A DNA stretch of 64,000 bases, from NCBI GenBank assembly GCA_977016875.1, contig CDRNST010000018.1:248001-312000 (forward strand), read 5' to 3'. Of this stretch, positions 23,849 to 35,778 are shown one piece after another. The translations under genes and the position numbers were made by a program. The notes under the pieces were generated by a model. The model made no database searches. It was given only the letters and a program-made list of their open reading frames with translations, and had not been told where the DNA came from. Each line of letters begins with the position of its first letter. Position 1 is the stretch's first letter. The stretch is from Pavona decussata. Taxonomy: Eukaryota.

Positions 23849-26094
23849 GGCCGCGGTGGACAGGATTCTTATCAGAATGTATTTATTTAAATAATATGCA
23901 CGAAGTCAAACGACTAAAACCGACAAAAAGCGAAATATTCATTAAAATGTCTCTAAAAATATTCTGTTCTGCCTCAATAATCGTACGTGATTTATTTCGC
24001 GTAGCACGAACTTTTTGTGCATTACTAAAATAGGCCGTTTGAGCGCAGCAAGTTTCTTTGTCAGAAGTCTGCATTTGGTTTTTATAAACAACAGCAAACC
24101 TTAAACGCTAAAAAACAACTATATAGATATACTGATTCAAAATGTAAGCTGTACGGTGACAAAAAATAAACATGTTAGAGTTTCAAAAAAATTAATTTCT
24201 TCTCCTCTCTGTCCGCTTCGGGAGATTGTGTACATCATGACAGGACACGATAAAAATGTATCAATTATGCGAACCAGAGAAATTTGCGACGAAATGTAAA
24301 TCCAGCAATATTCATGCACGTGTCTTTCGTTCGAAAATGGTGAGGTCGGCGAGAGGGAGGCAATATCGAAAGAGTGGTAGACTGCGTAAACAGGGTGCGA
24401 AGAAAACGTCCACAGCACTGGCGCTGAGGCGAGTGCAAGACAAATTACTTGCGCAACATGAAGGATCGACTAGTGAAACTGGCAGGTCCAGTTCAAAGAA
24501 GAAGAAATCAATTCCAGCGCTAAATTTAAAAGGCAACCGAATAGTTAATATTGGCCACTTTGGAAGATCGCTTCAAGGGGTAATTGATCATGCCTCAGTT
24601 TGTCCTTGTAAGGGTACTCCTCGTTTGGAGCAGGAAATTGAACGGAAAGGCTTAGCTTGTGTAATCCAATTCAAATGCAGTGGATGTGGAATGTCGCTCG
24701 CAGTGGAAGCGCAACCCAAGTCAAAAGGGCCAGGTGGACAGATGCGACACAGCACAAACGTTGCCGCCGTGTGGGGGTTTATGGCAACTGGTGGTGGACA
24801 TGCTAATATGAACGAGATCCTGTCTGTTCTGGACATTCCGTCACCAGATAAGAAAACCTTTCTGAAGATAGAAGAACAAATCAGAAGCTTATGGAAACAA
24901 GTGATAACTGCCGACCTGATCGAATCTGGAAAAGAAGAAAAACGGCTGGCAATGGCGGCAGGTAACATGGATGAAGGAGTACCAGCCATCAACGTCATCG
25001 CCGATGGAGGGTGGTCGATGAGAAGTCACCAGCATCGCTACTCTGCCAATTCGAGCGTGGCAGTTATTATAGGAGAGCGTACAAAGAAGTTACTATATCT
25101 GGGGGTACGGAACAAATATTGTAGCATTTGTGCCATTGCAGACAACAAGAAATCGCAACCGCAACCTCACAAATGTTACAAAAACTGGGAACATTCATCT
25201 TCGTCTATGGAAAAGGATATCATCGTAGAGGGATTCAAACAAAGTGAAAACATGCATGGTCTACGCTACACTGGGCTCATCGCTGACGGAGATAGCAGTG
25301 TACATAGGTCCATTATCGATAGTGTCCCGATATATGGCAGGGGTGTTAAAAAGATCGAGTGTGCGAATCACGCTGTAAGATGTTACCGAAAGTCTTTGCA
25401 CGACTTAGTTGAGTCACATTCTGAGTGGAAAGGAAGAAATGGCCTGTCAAAAATGAAAATTAAGAAAATTGCCGCTGGTGCAAGAGCTGCTATACGGATG
25501 CATTCAGCTACCGGAAATGCGGATGCCTTACGGCGAGATCTAAGAAACGGGCCATACCATGTGTTTGGTGATCACAGAAACTGCAGCGTTGCATTTTATA
25601 CCACGAGTTGACACGGCAAGATGATAAACTAGGCATATTGTAGATTGTCATGTCATGGGCCGAATTTTAAAATAAGCCTTAGAAGGTAAGATTGAAGCGT
25701 TTGAATTTTAGCATGATAGATTTTGCGCCTTTAAGGGCAAATATTTCTTAAGAAGCTTGAAGTTAAAAAATCCGGCTATGATATGACACAATAGATGTTG
25801 TAATAGATCACTCAGTGGTAAAATCAAATTTCTCTGCGTCTTCGTGGAGGAGAAAACCTGGACACAAAATCACGTTTTTAACAAATTTTATTTAAGTTAC
25901 TTTCTGTATTGCCCTAAGACGCCATCTACACATTATAAAACGATCATAGTGCACTTTGATCATTCTCCAATACGTCTACTAAGTTTTGGCGAAATCGGCT
26001 TTGAACTGCTCGTGATTTTAGGATTTTAAAAGTGGTACCCCTGCCAATATTTTGCCTAATAAATATATTCATGGTCAACGTATCCACCGCGGCC
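23849..26094 (+). mobile_element. Kolobok-like DNA transposon inserted in U2 (TTAA TSD, 12-bp TIR GGCCGCGGTGGA)
   Basis: TTAA at 23845-23848 and 26095-26098, perfect 12-bp TIRs with RR..YY termini. Removing the element restores contiguous U2. Confidence 0.85.
24256..25611 (+). CDS. Kolobok/Mutator-like DDE transposase, probably C-terminally truncated
   Basis: 451-aa ORF with IADGGW...H.YSANS, NKYCSIC, HKCYKNW..SSSSME, IADGDSS, IECANH and HVFGDH..C. Confidence 0.8.
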   Translation: MYQLCEPEKFATKCKSSNIHARVFRSKMVRSARGRQYRKSGRLRKQGAKKTSTALALRRVQDKLLAQHEGSTSETGRSSSKKKKSIPALNLKGNRIVNIGHFGRSLQGVIDHASVCPCKGTPRLEQEIERKGLACVIQFKCSGCGMSLAVEAQPKSKGPGGQMRHSTNVAAVWGFMATGGGHANMNEILSVLDIPSPDKKTFLKIEEQIRSLWKQVITADLIESGKEEKRLAMAAGNMDEGVPAINVIADGGWSMRSHQHRYSANSSVAVIIGERTKKLLYLGVRNKYCSICAIADNKKSQPQPHKCYKNWEHSSSSMEKDIIVEGFKQSENMHGLRYTGLIADGDSSVHRSIIDSVPIYGRGVKKIECANHAVRCYRKSLHDLVESHSEWKGRNGLSKMKIKKIAAGARAAIRMHSATGNADALRRDLRNGPYHVFGDHRNCSVAFYTTS

Positions 26095-26230
26095 TTAATA
26101 TCTGATACGCTGCTCATTGAGCAGCTCATATATTAAACTGATTTTTGGAACTGGGCTGTGGAAAAGAGGCTTGCCTCGTCCCAGCCACAGGTTGCCTCTG
26201 TATAGCACTACCTCCGAGCGCGGCCCACTT
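26095..26230 (+). ncRNA. U2 snRNA 3' part (nt 54 to end)
   Basis: TTAATATCTGATACG..., Sm site GATTTTTGG, stem-loops III and IV (loop TATAGCACT). Confidence 0.92.
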
Positions 26231-26425
26231 CCCCTAGGGGAAGAAATATTCAACTAAAAACAGAATTGAAACTGAATTGAACTTTGCGTGTCTGTCTCCC
26301 CACAGGATGTATGTAGAGGCAGCACAGAGGTGACAAGTCCCGGATCTGATGGCCACTAAAAGAAAAACCACAAGGAATATAGGGGTAAGGCAATTTTTCC
26401 GTTGTCGAGGGGCGCAAAGCATTTC

Positions 26426-26455
26426 ATACTTACCTGACGCGGGAGGTACTGTGAT

Positions 26456-26502
<47 letters not shown>

Positions 26503-26503
26503 T

Positions 26504-26541
<38 letters not shown>

Positions 26542-26552
26542 AAGCGTATAAT

Positions 26553-26589
<37 letters not shown>
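26426..26589 (+). ncRNA. U1 snRNA, full length
   Basis: ATACTTACCTG 5' end, GATCA loop I, ATTGCAC U1A loop, Sm site AATTTCTGG, terminal TTCG hairpin; 164 nt. Confidence 0.95.
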
Positions 26590-27338
26590 ATGGTTGCTAG
26601 TTAATGTTCTACTAATACGCGTGTGGCTTTGTTTTCTTATGTTTCAGATGGAGTACGCACGGTTGCAAGAGCAGAGCAGCGAGTGATTTGTGTGATTGCC
26701 AAGACAGAAAAAAAGGTAGGTTTGCTTTTTTTTACGGCCTTCCGTTGCTTTACTGTACCTATAATTTGACAAAAAAGAACGGCAATTACTTACGCTTTCC
26801 AACTTTATATACTTGCAGCGTGAAATGAATGAATGATCTGAGCTGTCAAGCGGTCGATTGTGGAGCTGGGTCAAATACGGGAAGGAAGGAACAATTGCAC
26901 AAAGCGCTGCCAGAAAAAAATTCGTCTGAATCGTGAGTAGATTTTCCTGTTGCTGGATTTGTTTAATTGAACAAGGTTTTCAGGTTGTTGTTTCGTTGCA
27001 AAAAATTTCTGTCTCCGCGCGCTGATTTTCGGTCGTTATCAAATAACCGTTGGAAAGATTGCGCTGTTTGTTGTGTTTGATTGTAGTCAAATGAATGTTT
27101 GTTTGATTTTCCTTGCTGTGTACTTGATTTTCACGTCTAAAAGGCGCTGGAATTTCATTCAAATCGAGTTTGTGTCGTCTCCGTTATTGTTGCTCCGAAT
27201 AATTTGATGTCACAAAGTGTTAATTTGATGTCTTAGACGAAATTTAAACATTCTCGCGCGCTCACGAACTCGGACCGCACATTGCCGTATCGATTATCGC
27301 AAAAGGCAAAATCGTTGATTGCTCGCAAAAAAACGAAA

Positions 27339-27392
27339 AAACTGCGGTGATCGGACGAGAACCGGTGTTTTCCCTGTGGTATGGTCATAGAC
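27339..27392 (-). rRNA. 5S rRNA pseudogene, 5' ~54 nt only (3' part deleted)
   Basis: Matches the 5' half of 35148-35267 and is joined directly to the downstream spacer. Confidence 0.85.
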
Positions 27393-27870
27393 AAGAGAAA
27401 GGGCGCCTAATTTACTGCTTTATAGGGAAGGTGTCACAGAATACATCTAGCTTTTTCCCTAGAGTAGTTAGTGAAAGTGACAAAGTGATCGCGTTTCGTT
27501 CTTTTGAGCGGCTAGCCATGACAACTCGCGTGAAATGCGGAATCAGCTGCAAATCAGCAACGTATGTAAGTCGCCTACGAGGGCCTCGTTTCCACGAAAT
27601 CACTCTCTGTTAACTTTCTTATACAAATTGTCAGCGGGTAACTGACGTGACTGTTTGTCGCTGTCAATACTGCCAGTTTGCTCGTAGTTCAGCGGCGTGT
27701 TGAGTCTCTTCTCTGTTGGGGGTTAAAGTACAATGTCACAACCCAGTGTGCAGCCAAGAAACCGGGCCAGCTATGCAACAGGCAGGAGCTGGAAATGCGA
27801 CAGTTTTGGGGCCACCATATCTCGAGGCTAGGGAACAAGAACCACCCTTCGTTCCACGAACTTGTTCGCC

Positions 27871-27897
27871 ATCGCTTCTTGGCCATTTAGCCAAGAT
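27871..27897 (+). ncRNA. U2 snRNA 5' fragment (divergent), fused to a Tx1 element
   Basis: ATCGCTTCTTGGCCATTTAGCCAAGAT directly after the conserved spacer. Confidence 0.85.
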
Positions 27898-28029
27898 TTG
27901 TGTGGATTGTAGGAGGCGAGTCCCTATCAGTTTGTTCCGTGATTTTGTTAATTCCTGGCGGAAGCCCTGGCCATTGGGCCTCCGGTTTTTCCTAGCCGTT
28001 TTTTTTTTTCTTGATTTGTGGCCGGCTCG

Positions 28030-29828
28030 ATGCCGGTCAATGTGATCTCGGAAGATGATGTTCTGGAGGCGGCTTTGCTGAATGCTGATGCTAATTCTGT
28101 GAGTAATGGTTCGATTGGTACAGCCCAGCTGTATGATGATGTCTCTGACGATGAGTTTTCCGATGCTAATAGTGAATTTGTGGACGAAGTGGCACGCCTG
28201 GAGCGAGAATACTTTGATGCGTTGCACATGGTTGATGTCCTGGAAAATTTTGCATATAACCAACACCCGGCGGCGATCAGCAGAGCTCAACCTATAAGTG
28301 ACTTCGAAAAGGAAGATTTCCATCTGGAGAATGTTACGCCTGAGAGGCCGTGTTCAGCTTTCTTCAAAACGGACACTTTTATGCCAGCGAAAGAAATTTT
28401 CGATGCCTTGGAGGCCAACGGTTTCCGTGCAGAGACCGTGTGTTGCCTTCAGCGCAAGCCCACCGGCAAAGTTTTCTTGACTTTCCGAAATCCATCTCTG
28501 CGTGACGCCTTCCTCCAAAAGAGTTCTTTCGTTACATGCAAACGCCCTGGTAGAAGATTTATTCCTAACAACGCGGAGCGTATGCTCACCTTTCTCACTG
28601 TTTAGGATGCACCGTACGAGTTGCCCGTCCTGGCGATTATTCACCGCCTTTCGCCCTATTGTGAAGTGGCCTGGCACTGCCGCGGTACGTACCGTTCAGA
28701 AAAAGCCAGCGGAGTTTTTAATAACCGAGTGCGGGTCCATCATGCCATCCCCAGTTATTTGCGTTTCGGGAAATTTATGATTTGCCTGTATCATGATGGC
28801 CAAACCCTGACGTGTAGGAAATGTAACCCGCCAGATCACAAAGCTGCTGAATGCAGGAACATCGTTTGTTTTAATTGCGATGGCCTTGGCCACACCTCTC
28901 AAGATTGCATCAAACCGATGTACTGTTGCATTTGCAAAAGTGGACAACATCTTGCCCGCCGGTGTCCGCACTCGTGGAGACGTGAATCGAACAACGAGCG
29001 TGAGGTGATCTGTGAAGAGGCCCGCGAGGACGCTCGCGCGACTTCCCACGAGGATGCCTGTGAAGGTGAAGACATGGCGGTTTACCCATGGTGGTAAAGT
29101 CATGATGGTTTACCCCACCCCTCCCCTTCACCCCGAATGAAAAATGGACTCCACACCCTGATTCAGAGCCTGCCGAGTCTTCCTGTGTACCTGGATCCTC
29201 CCAAGCTGAGGTTTCTGCTGGTGTTACCGCTGGCGGTACTCTCCAGGACACCCCCTCACCCTCGGATTCATCCATCGTGTCTGATCTTATCGATTTGGAG
29301 TCCGTTTCAGCTGGTGAGCTGGGGGACTCGAGCAACGGGACCTCGTTGGACCCCAGCTCAGCTCCACTACTCAATTCCCAGGGCCTGATTCGCCCAGAGC
29401 TGGATCCTGTTGTGTTACAGCCTCGCCCAGAGCAACCCTCACCTGTTCTCGGTCAAACCCCGCCTGGTTCTGGCGATGTACCATCTACCCTTGGTTCTTC
29501 GCCCTTAGTTCTTGTTTCATCTGTGCCTGTGCCATCTGAATCTTTGGAGACTGCTGTTTTACCGCCTTCTGTTGCACCACCGTCCTCTACTGATAAACCT
29601 GCGTCCATGTCATGGGCTGATATTGTGGACCACGTGGAAGCCCCCGCTGATCCACCTGCAGCGACTGGATCAAAAACACTTATTAGGAGATTGGGTTTGC
29701 GTCCGCCTTTGCCATCTCGTCCTACAGGGCGAATTGCACGATGTAGGCCTGCGCCAATTGCTAACCTCGCGAATATTGTGGTGCTGACCCGGAAGACAAC
29801 GCAGCCATCGCGTGTATCAGCCCCGTAA
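28030..29828 (+). pseudogene. ORF1 of lineage A copy 2
   Basis: EREYFDALH, RPCSAFFKTD, three CCHC knuckles, SWADIVDHV; frameshifted. Confidence 0.87.
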
Positions 29829-29844
29829 CGACCCCCCCTGCTGA

Positions 29845-32800
29845 GTCTTCAAATTGTTCACGATCAATTCCCGCGGTTTTGATCGTCGAAAAGAGTTTTT
29901 GATCCATGATCATGCGGAAAATTATGATATTGTTTTTGTTCAGGAAGCCCAAGTTTCTGATCTCGATGAAATCGCTCGCCTATCTGCTAATTGGTTGGGC
30001 CCGAGTTTTTGGTCCCCGGCTTTTGGCAGACAGGGGGGTGTCTCTGTTCTGATCTCCGAGAATTTTGCTGGAAAAGTTTTACATTGGCGAAAAGACTCAG
30101 CGGGGAGGGTCCTTACCCTTCTTATCCAATTAGGTACTTGTAAAATTAATCTTGTTAATGTGTATGCGCCCACCAATCTGACAGAGCGAAGGGCTTTCTT
30201 TGATAATCTACATGAATTCTTTCTGCCGGCTGATCGCCGTGTAATTGGCAGTGACTTTAATTGTTATGAGCGAGATCTTGATAAATTTGGCAGGAATTTT
30301 TCACCCGCTAAATATTTATCTGATTTTCCGTCGGTTTTCAATTTTACTGATGTGTGGCGTAAATTCCATCCGAGGTCTCGTGATGTTTCTTGGTTTAATT
30401 CTAGTTTTACGATTGGTAAATTTTATCAATTTTTCGTGTCCCAAAATGTCGTTTCTTCTGTTGTCTCTTGTTCTATTTCGCCTTGTTGTTTTTCTGACCA
30501 TGATTTCGTTGATTTGCAAGTCAATCTTTCTGATGATTACGCACGTGGCCCGGGTTTATGGTAATTTAATATTTCGCTTCTTGCCGACACTGATTTTTGC
30601 GCTTTTGTTATTGCTAAAATTGATGAATTATCGTGTTGTTGTGAATCTTTCACTTCTGTCAAAGTTTGGTGGGACTTCTTTAAAGAATCTCTGCGGGCAG
30701 AAATCATTGATTTTTCGAGGGAGAAACGTAAGCGGCTGTGCCGCGAGCATGTTCTCCTCACGAATCGCTTGATCGCATATAAGCAACGTTTGGTTCAGGG
30801 CGACAATTCCCTCACCTCGCCCTTGAATCCCAATTGAAAGCGCTCGCCCTTCAAGAACTTGAAGGCTCAAAAATCCGTAGTAGAGCTCAATGGTTAGAGG
30901 AAGGCAAGAAACCCACTCGTTATTTCTTCAGATTAGAGCCAGAGCGTTGCGAGAAAAACTACGTCTCCTATATTCTGAACGAACAGGCAATCGAGGTGAC
31001 TTCTAGAGATCACATTGACCAAGCGCACGTGAGTTTTTATGCAAATCTTTTTTTGCCCGAACAGTTTGATGATTTTTGTAAACAATCTTTGCTTGATGGA
31101 TTTTCGAAGACCCTCTCCGGAGATGATGGCGAGCTTTGCGAGGGATCTCTTCCCGTTGCCGAGCTCGCTGATTCTGTGGCGGGTCTTGCGCGCGGTAAAT
31201 CGCCTGGTCCAAACGGTTTTTCCGCTGAGCTTTATTGTTGTTTTTGGAATTCTTTGGGTCCCCTGTTGCTTAAGGTGGCAGAAGAATCTTTTAACGATGA
31301 CGCTCTCTCTGATTCTATGCAGGGTAGCGCTACGCGCCTTATCTATAAGAAACGCGGAAACATCGCGGATTTGAAAAATTGGCGCCCGATTAGTTTGCTT
31401 AATGTTGATTATAAGATCATTTTGAAAGCCATTACGTCTCAGCTATCACGCGTTATTGAATCGATTGTTCATCCCGATCAGACTTGTTCTGTGCCGGGGC
31501 GATCAATCCCATCCAATTTTGTTCAAATCCGCGATGTTCTCGATTATATCGAACGCACTGATGAAACGGCAATACTGCTCAGCCTTGACCAGGAGAAAGC
31601 GTTCGATCGTGTTGATCGGTCCTTTCTTTCTGACCTCCTCGTGCGCTTCGGTTTCGGTCCAAATTTTTGCAAGTGGGTTTCCGTCTTCTATAACGGCGCC
31701 CACACACGCATTATACTTAATGGCTGGCTGACTGAGAAAATTTCTCTCCGTAGAAGGGTGCGACAGGGAGACCCCTTGTCTCCTTTGCTGTATATCCTCT
31801 GCGTGGAGACACTCGCCTGTCAAGTTAGAAACTGTCCACAGGTTAGGGGTTTTTTTATTTGCCAGGCGCTAGAGGTTTGCAAGCGAAAGTGCGCGTTTAC
31901 GCGGATGACACCACGGCGATTTTGAAAGACTATCGATCTCTCGCGCGGCTCTTTGACCTCATCTCTATTTACGAGAGGGGATCGGGTGCCAAACTGAATC
32001 GCTCTAAAACCGAAGCTATGTGGCTGGGGGCTTGGAAGTTTCGTACTGATGAGCCCCTGGGCCTCAGTTGGGTGCAGAAAATGAAAATCCTAGGGGTTAT
32101 TTTCGGTATGGAGTTAATAGAGCTTGATAATTGGCAGCCTAAATTGAACAAACTCGAGAAATCCCTTAACCTCTGGAAGTCTCGCTCTCTGTCTTTTGTC
32201 GGTAAGAGTATGATCCTTAACGTTCTTGGTCTTAGTAAATTTTTGTATCTCTCTCACGCGCTTATTATGCCTGTGTGCGTCCTTACGCGTGTTAATCAAT
32301 TGATCTGGCCATTCCTCTTGGGATCACGCATCGAGACTGTAAGTCGTAAATCATGTTGTTTGTCCTTAAAGAGTGGTGGTCTCAATGTGTGTGATCTTCG
32401 CCTTAAGTGTGAAGCTTTGAGAGTAACAGCTACTGTCGCCACGGTAGATGACCCTGACTACAGCAGCTTTTTCTTGTGTAAATATTTTATTGGAGGGTGT
32501 TTATCAAGTTTGCGCCCGCAGTGGGCCGGGTTGCGCGATGTTGCTGCACCTTGCGCAGCTCTGCCCACTGCTTTCTATGAAAACGTTTTAGACACATTAG
32601 GCAAAATAGGGGATTCCGAATTGAGTTCAAGGAAGATCTATTCGACCTTGTTGTCCATTGGATCTTCCCCGCCCTCTCTTCCCCGTGAATGGTCGCTAAT
32701 TCTTGGGCCTGGATTTTCCCTCTGTGATCACTGGTCTGTTGTCCAGGATGATTTCACTGTAAATTTTAAGAATGATCTTCCCTGGTTAATCACCCTTAAG

Positions 32801-33268
32801 GGGGTCAAAACTCGCGACGCGTTAACAAACTGGGGATATATTAACTCTGCGGTTTGCGCCTCCTGTCCTAGACTGTAGACCATTGATCACGTGTTTATTA
32901 ATTGTGCTCGGAGTCAACTCGTGTGGCGCCATTTCGAGCCCATACTTAACAACGTTCTAGGTTCGGCTTTCTCGTTTAACGTTCTTTTTATTTTTTTTTT
33001 TCGCTGGCCTGCTTGTAGCACCAAGCAGGCGCGCCTTACTCGTTATCTCGTAAAGTCCATTCTTAATGGCATTTGGGTTTTTCGGAATAAGGCCACCTTT
33101 CACAATGGCCGTGAAGATCATCGCGCGATTATTAGGTATATTTCTAGCGACATTAAGCGGAGGATTCACCTTGATTTCTTTTGTTTTACTGAGGCGCGTT
33201 TTAATGTTGAGTGGGTTGTTCCTAACTTTTGTGCTGTAGAGAATGGACTTCTAAAGCTTGCTTTTTAG
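29845..33268 (+). pseudogene. ORF2 of lineage A copy 2 (APE + RT + zinc finger)
   Basis: TINSRG, VYAPTN, SDHD, KSPGPNG, WRPISLLNVDYK, RQGDPLSP, YADD, CASC...H.F..C. Confidence 0.93.
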
Positions 33269-33799
33269 AAGTACTATTTAGCTAATTATTGTCATCTGTG
33301 CGCTGTTCGTGCCTATGCTGTGATGGATCAAGGACTCTCTCAAGCGGAATTTGTTTGGAATACATCATGGACTTCCATTGGGGAATCTGTTTTTCCTCCA
33401 GGATCAGGGACTCTTGCGTGAGGCCTTTGTTTTGGCTTCCATCAAGGACTCTCGTTTGGGATTTTGTTTTCGTTTCCGTACTTGGCGCCTACTCCGGAGG
33501 CAAAGAACCTGTTCTTTAGTACCTGTAAAAAGAGAAGAGATTTCGATCATGATTAATCTAATGATAAAGTTTTTGATTTAACATAGTGTTTGTAGTTTCT
33601 GTACCTGTTTTTATTTTAGTTTCTGTATTCAATTTCGTTATCTGTACTTGTTATTTGCATTTGTAATTGAATTAGTAACTTCTGTACCTGTTTTTATTTT
33701 AGTTTTTGTATCCGCTTTTGTTCTCTGTACTTGTAATTTCCATTTGTAATTGAATTAAGAGATGAATGTTTGTAATTAAACCTTTTATGAAAAAAAAAA

Positions 33800-33950
33800 T
33801 CTGTTCTTATTAGCTTCATATCTGATACGCTGCTCATTGAGCAGCTCATATATTAACCTGATTTTTGGAACTGGGCTGTGGAAAAGAGGCTTGCCTCGTC
33901 CCAGCCACGGGTTGCCTCAGTATAGCACTACCTCTGAGCGCGGCCCACTT
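33800..33950 (+). ncRNA. U2 snRNA 3' part (nt 39 to end)
   Basis: TCTGTTCTTATTAGCTTCATATCTGATACG..., Sm site and 3' stem-loops. Confidence 0.92.
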
Positions 33951-34145
33951 CCCCTTGGGGAAGAAATATTCAACTAAAAACAGAATTGAAATTGAATTGA
34001 ACCTTGCGTGTCTGTCTCCCTACAGGATGTATGTAGAGGCATTACAGAAGTGACAAGTCCCGGATCTGATGGCCACTAAAAGAAAAACCACAAGGAATAT
34101 AGGGGTAAGGCAATTTTTCCGTTGTCGAGGGGCGCAAAGCATTTC

Positions 34146-34223
34146 ATACTTACCTGACGCGGGAGGTACTGTGATCAAGGAGGCAGTCCTCTCAAGGTTA
34201 GGCCCTTTCATTGCACTTCGATT

Positions 34224-34265
<42 letters not shown>

Positions 34266-34272
34266 ATATAAT

Positions 34273-34307
<35 letters not shown>

Positions 34308-34309
34308 AG
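34146..34309 (+). ncRNA. U1 snRNA, full length
   Basis: Nearly identical to 26426-26589. Confidence 0.95.
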
Positions 34310-35147
34310 ATGGTTGCTAGTTAATGTTTAACTAACGCGCGCGGCTTTGTGTTTGTTATGTTTCAGATGGAGTACGGACGGCTGCAAAAGCAGAGCAGTG
34401 AGTGGCGGACAAACTAGTGTGATTACCGCGAAAGAAGAAAGGTAGGTTTGCTTTTGTTACGACCTTCTGTTGCTTTTCTGTACCTATAATTCGACGTCAG
34501 AACGGCGATTACTTAGGTTTTTCAACTTACTTGCAGTGCAGCCTGAAATGAATGAACTGAGCTGTCGAGCGGGCGATCGTGGAGCTGCGTTAAATACGGG
34601 AAGGAACAAACGAACAAAACTGGCTACCAGAAAGAAGTTCGTCTGAATCGTGAGTAGATTTCCTTGTTGCTGGATTTGTTTAGTTGAATGAGCTTTTCAA
34701 GTTGTCGTTTCGTTGCAAAAAATTTGTCTCCGCACGCTGATTTCCGGCCGTTATTAAACAACCGTTGGAAAGATTATGCTGTTCGTTGTGTTTGATTGTA
34801 GTTAAATGAATGATTGCTTGATTTTCCTCGCCATGTATTTCATTTTCACGTCTAAAAGGCGCTGGAATTTCATTGAAGTCGAGTTCGTGTCGTCTCCGTT
34901 ATTGTTGCTTAGCATAATTTGATGTCACAAAGTGTTAATTTGATGTCATAGGCAAAATTTAAACATTCTCGCGTAATCACGAACTTGGACTGCACATTGC
35001 GCCTGCGTTCGAGCATTTGAATGGCTTTTTTGCGGACTAAATGGTTGATAGGCCTTTTATGTTGTCCCTCAACTGTTTTAAGAAGGCCGTATCGATATTT
35101 CGCAAAAGGAAAAATCGTTGATTGCTTGCAATAAAAACGCAAGAGGA

Positions 35148-35267
35148 AAGCCTACAACACGGGGTATTCCCAGGCCGTCACCCATCCAAGTGCTAACCCC
35201 GCCCGACAGGGCTTAACTTCGGTGATCGGACAAGAACCGGTGTTTTCCCTGTGGTATGGTCGTAGAC
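35148..35267 (-). rRNA. 5S rRNA, full length
   Basis: GTCTACGACCATACC...CCGATCACCGAAGTTAAGC...TTGGATGGGTGAC...GGGAATACC...GTGTTGTAGGCTT; ~120 nt. Confidence 0.95.
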
Positions 35268-35747
35268 AAGAGAAAGGAGCGCAAATTTACAGCTTTATAG
35301 GGAAGGTGTCACAGGACACATCTAGCTTTTTCCCTAGAGTAGGTCGTGAAAGTGACAAAGTGATCGCGTTTCGTTCTTTAAAGCGACTAGCCCATGACAA
35401 CTCGCGTGAAACGCGGAATCAGCTGCAAATCAGCAACATAGGTAAGTCGCCTACGAGTGCCTTGTTTCCTTGAAATCACTTTCTGTTCAATTTCTTACAC
35501 AAATTCTCAGCGGGTAACTATTAAACGTGACTATTTGTCGCTTTCAATACTGCCAGTTTGCTCGTAGTTCAGCGGCGTGTCGTGTCTGTTATCTGTTGGT
35601 GGTTAAAGTACAACGTCACAAGCCAGTAGACAGCTAACAAACGGGGGCCAGCTGTGCAACAGAAGCTGGAAATGCGACAGTTTTTGGGCCACCATATCTC
35701 GAGGCTACGGAACAAGAACCACCCTTCGTCCTGCGAACTTGTTCGCC

Positions 35748-35778
35748 ATTGCTTCTCTGCCTTTTGGCTAAGATCAAG
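35748..35778 (+). ncRNA. U2 snRNA 5' fragment, fused to a Tx1 element
   Basis: ATTGCTTCTCTGCCTTTTGGCTAAGATCAAG. Confidence 0.9.

Larger units (their letters stand above)
27898..33799 (+). mobile_element. Full-length (5.9 kb) U2-targeted Tx1 element, lineage A copy 2 (Keno-like site), degenerate
   Basis: ORF1 28030-29828, ORF2 ~29845-33268, repetitive 3' UTR, poly(A) joined to U2 nt 38/39. Confidence 0.93.
33800..35778 (+). repeat. Most intact copy of the ~2.0-kb U2-U1-5S array unit
   Basis: Order is U2 3', U1, spacer, 5S(-), spacer, U2 5'. Homologous blocks at 789-1338, 26095-27897, 51061-51431, 56195-56840 and 59962-61311. Confidence 0.92.

Noticed and set aside
23849-26094. piggyBac assignment from the TTAA TSD
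   Set aside because: The termini are GG..CC rather than CC..GG, and the protein motifs (DGxW, GDSS, ECxNH) are Kolobok/Mutator-like.
26644-27890. Short ORFs recurring in the array spacers (also 33865-35814, 56264-57102, 59965-61227)
   Set aside because: They overlap RNA genes or spacers, and frames are not preserved between copies.
18623-33799. Utopia (restriction-like endonuclease) identity for the U2-inserted elements
   Set aside because: These encode an N-terminal APE endonuclease and a separate ORF1, which indicates the Tx1/L1 clade.
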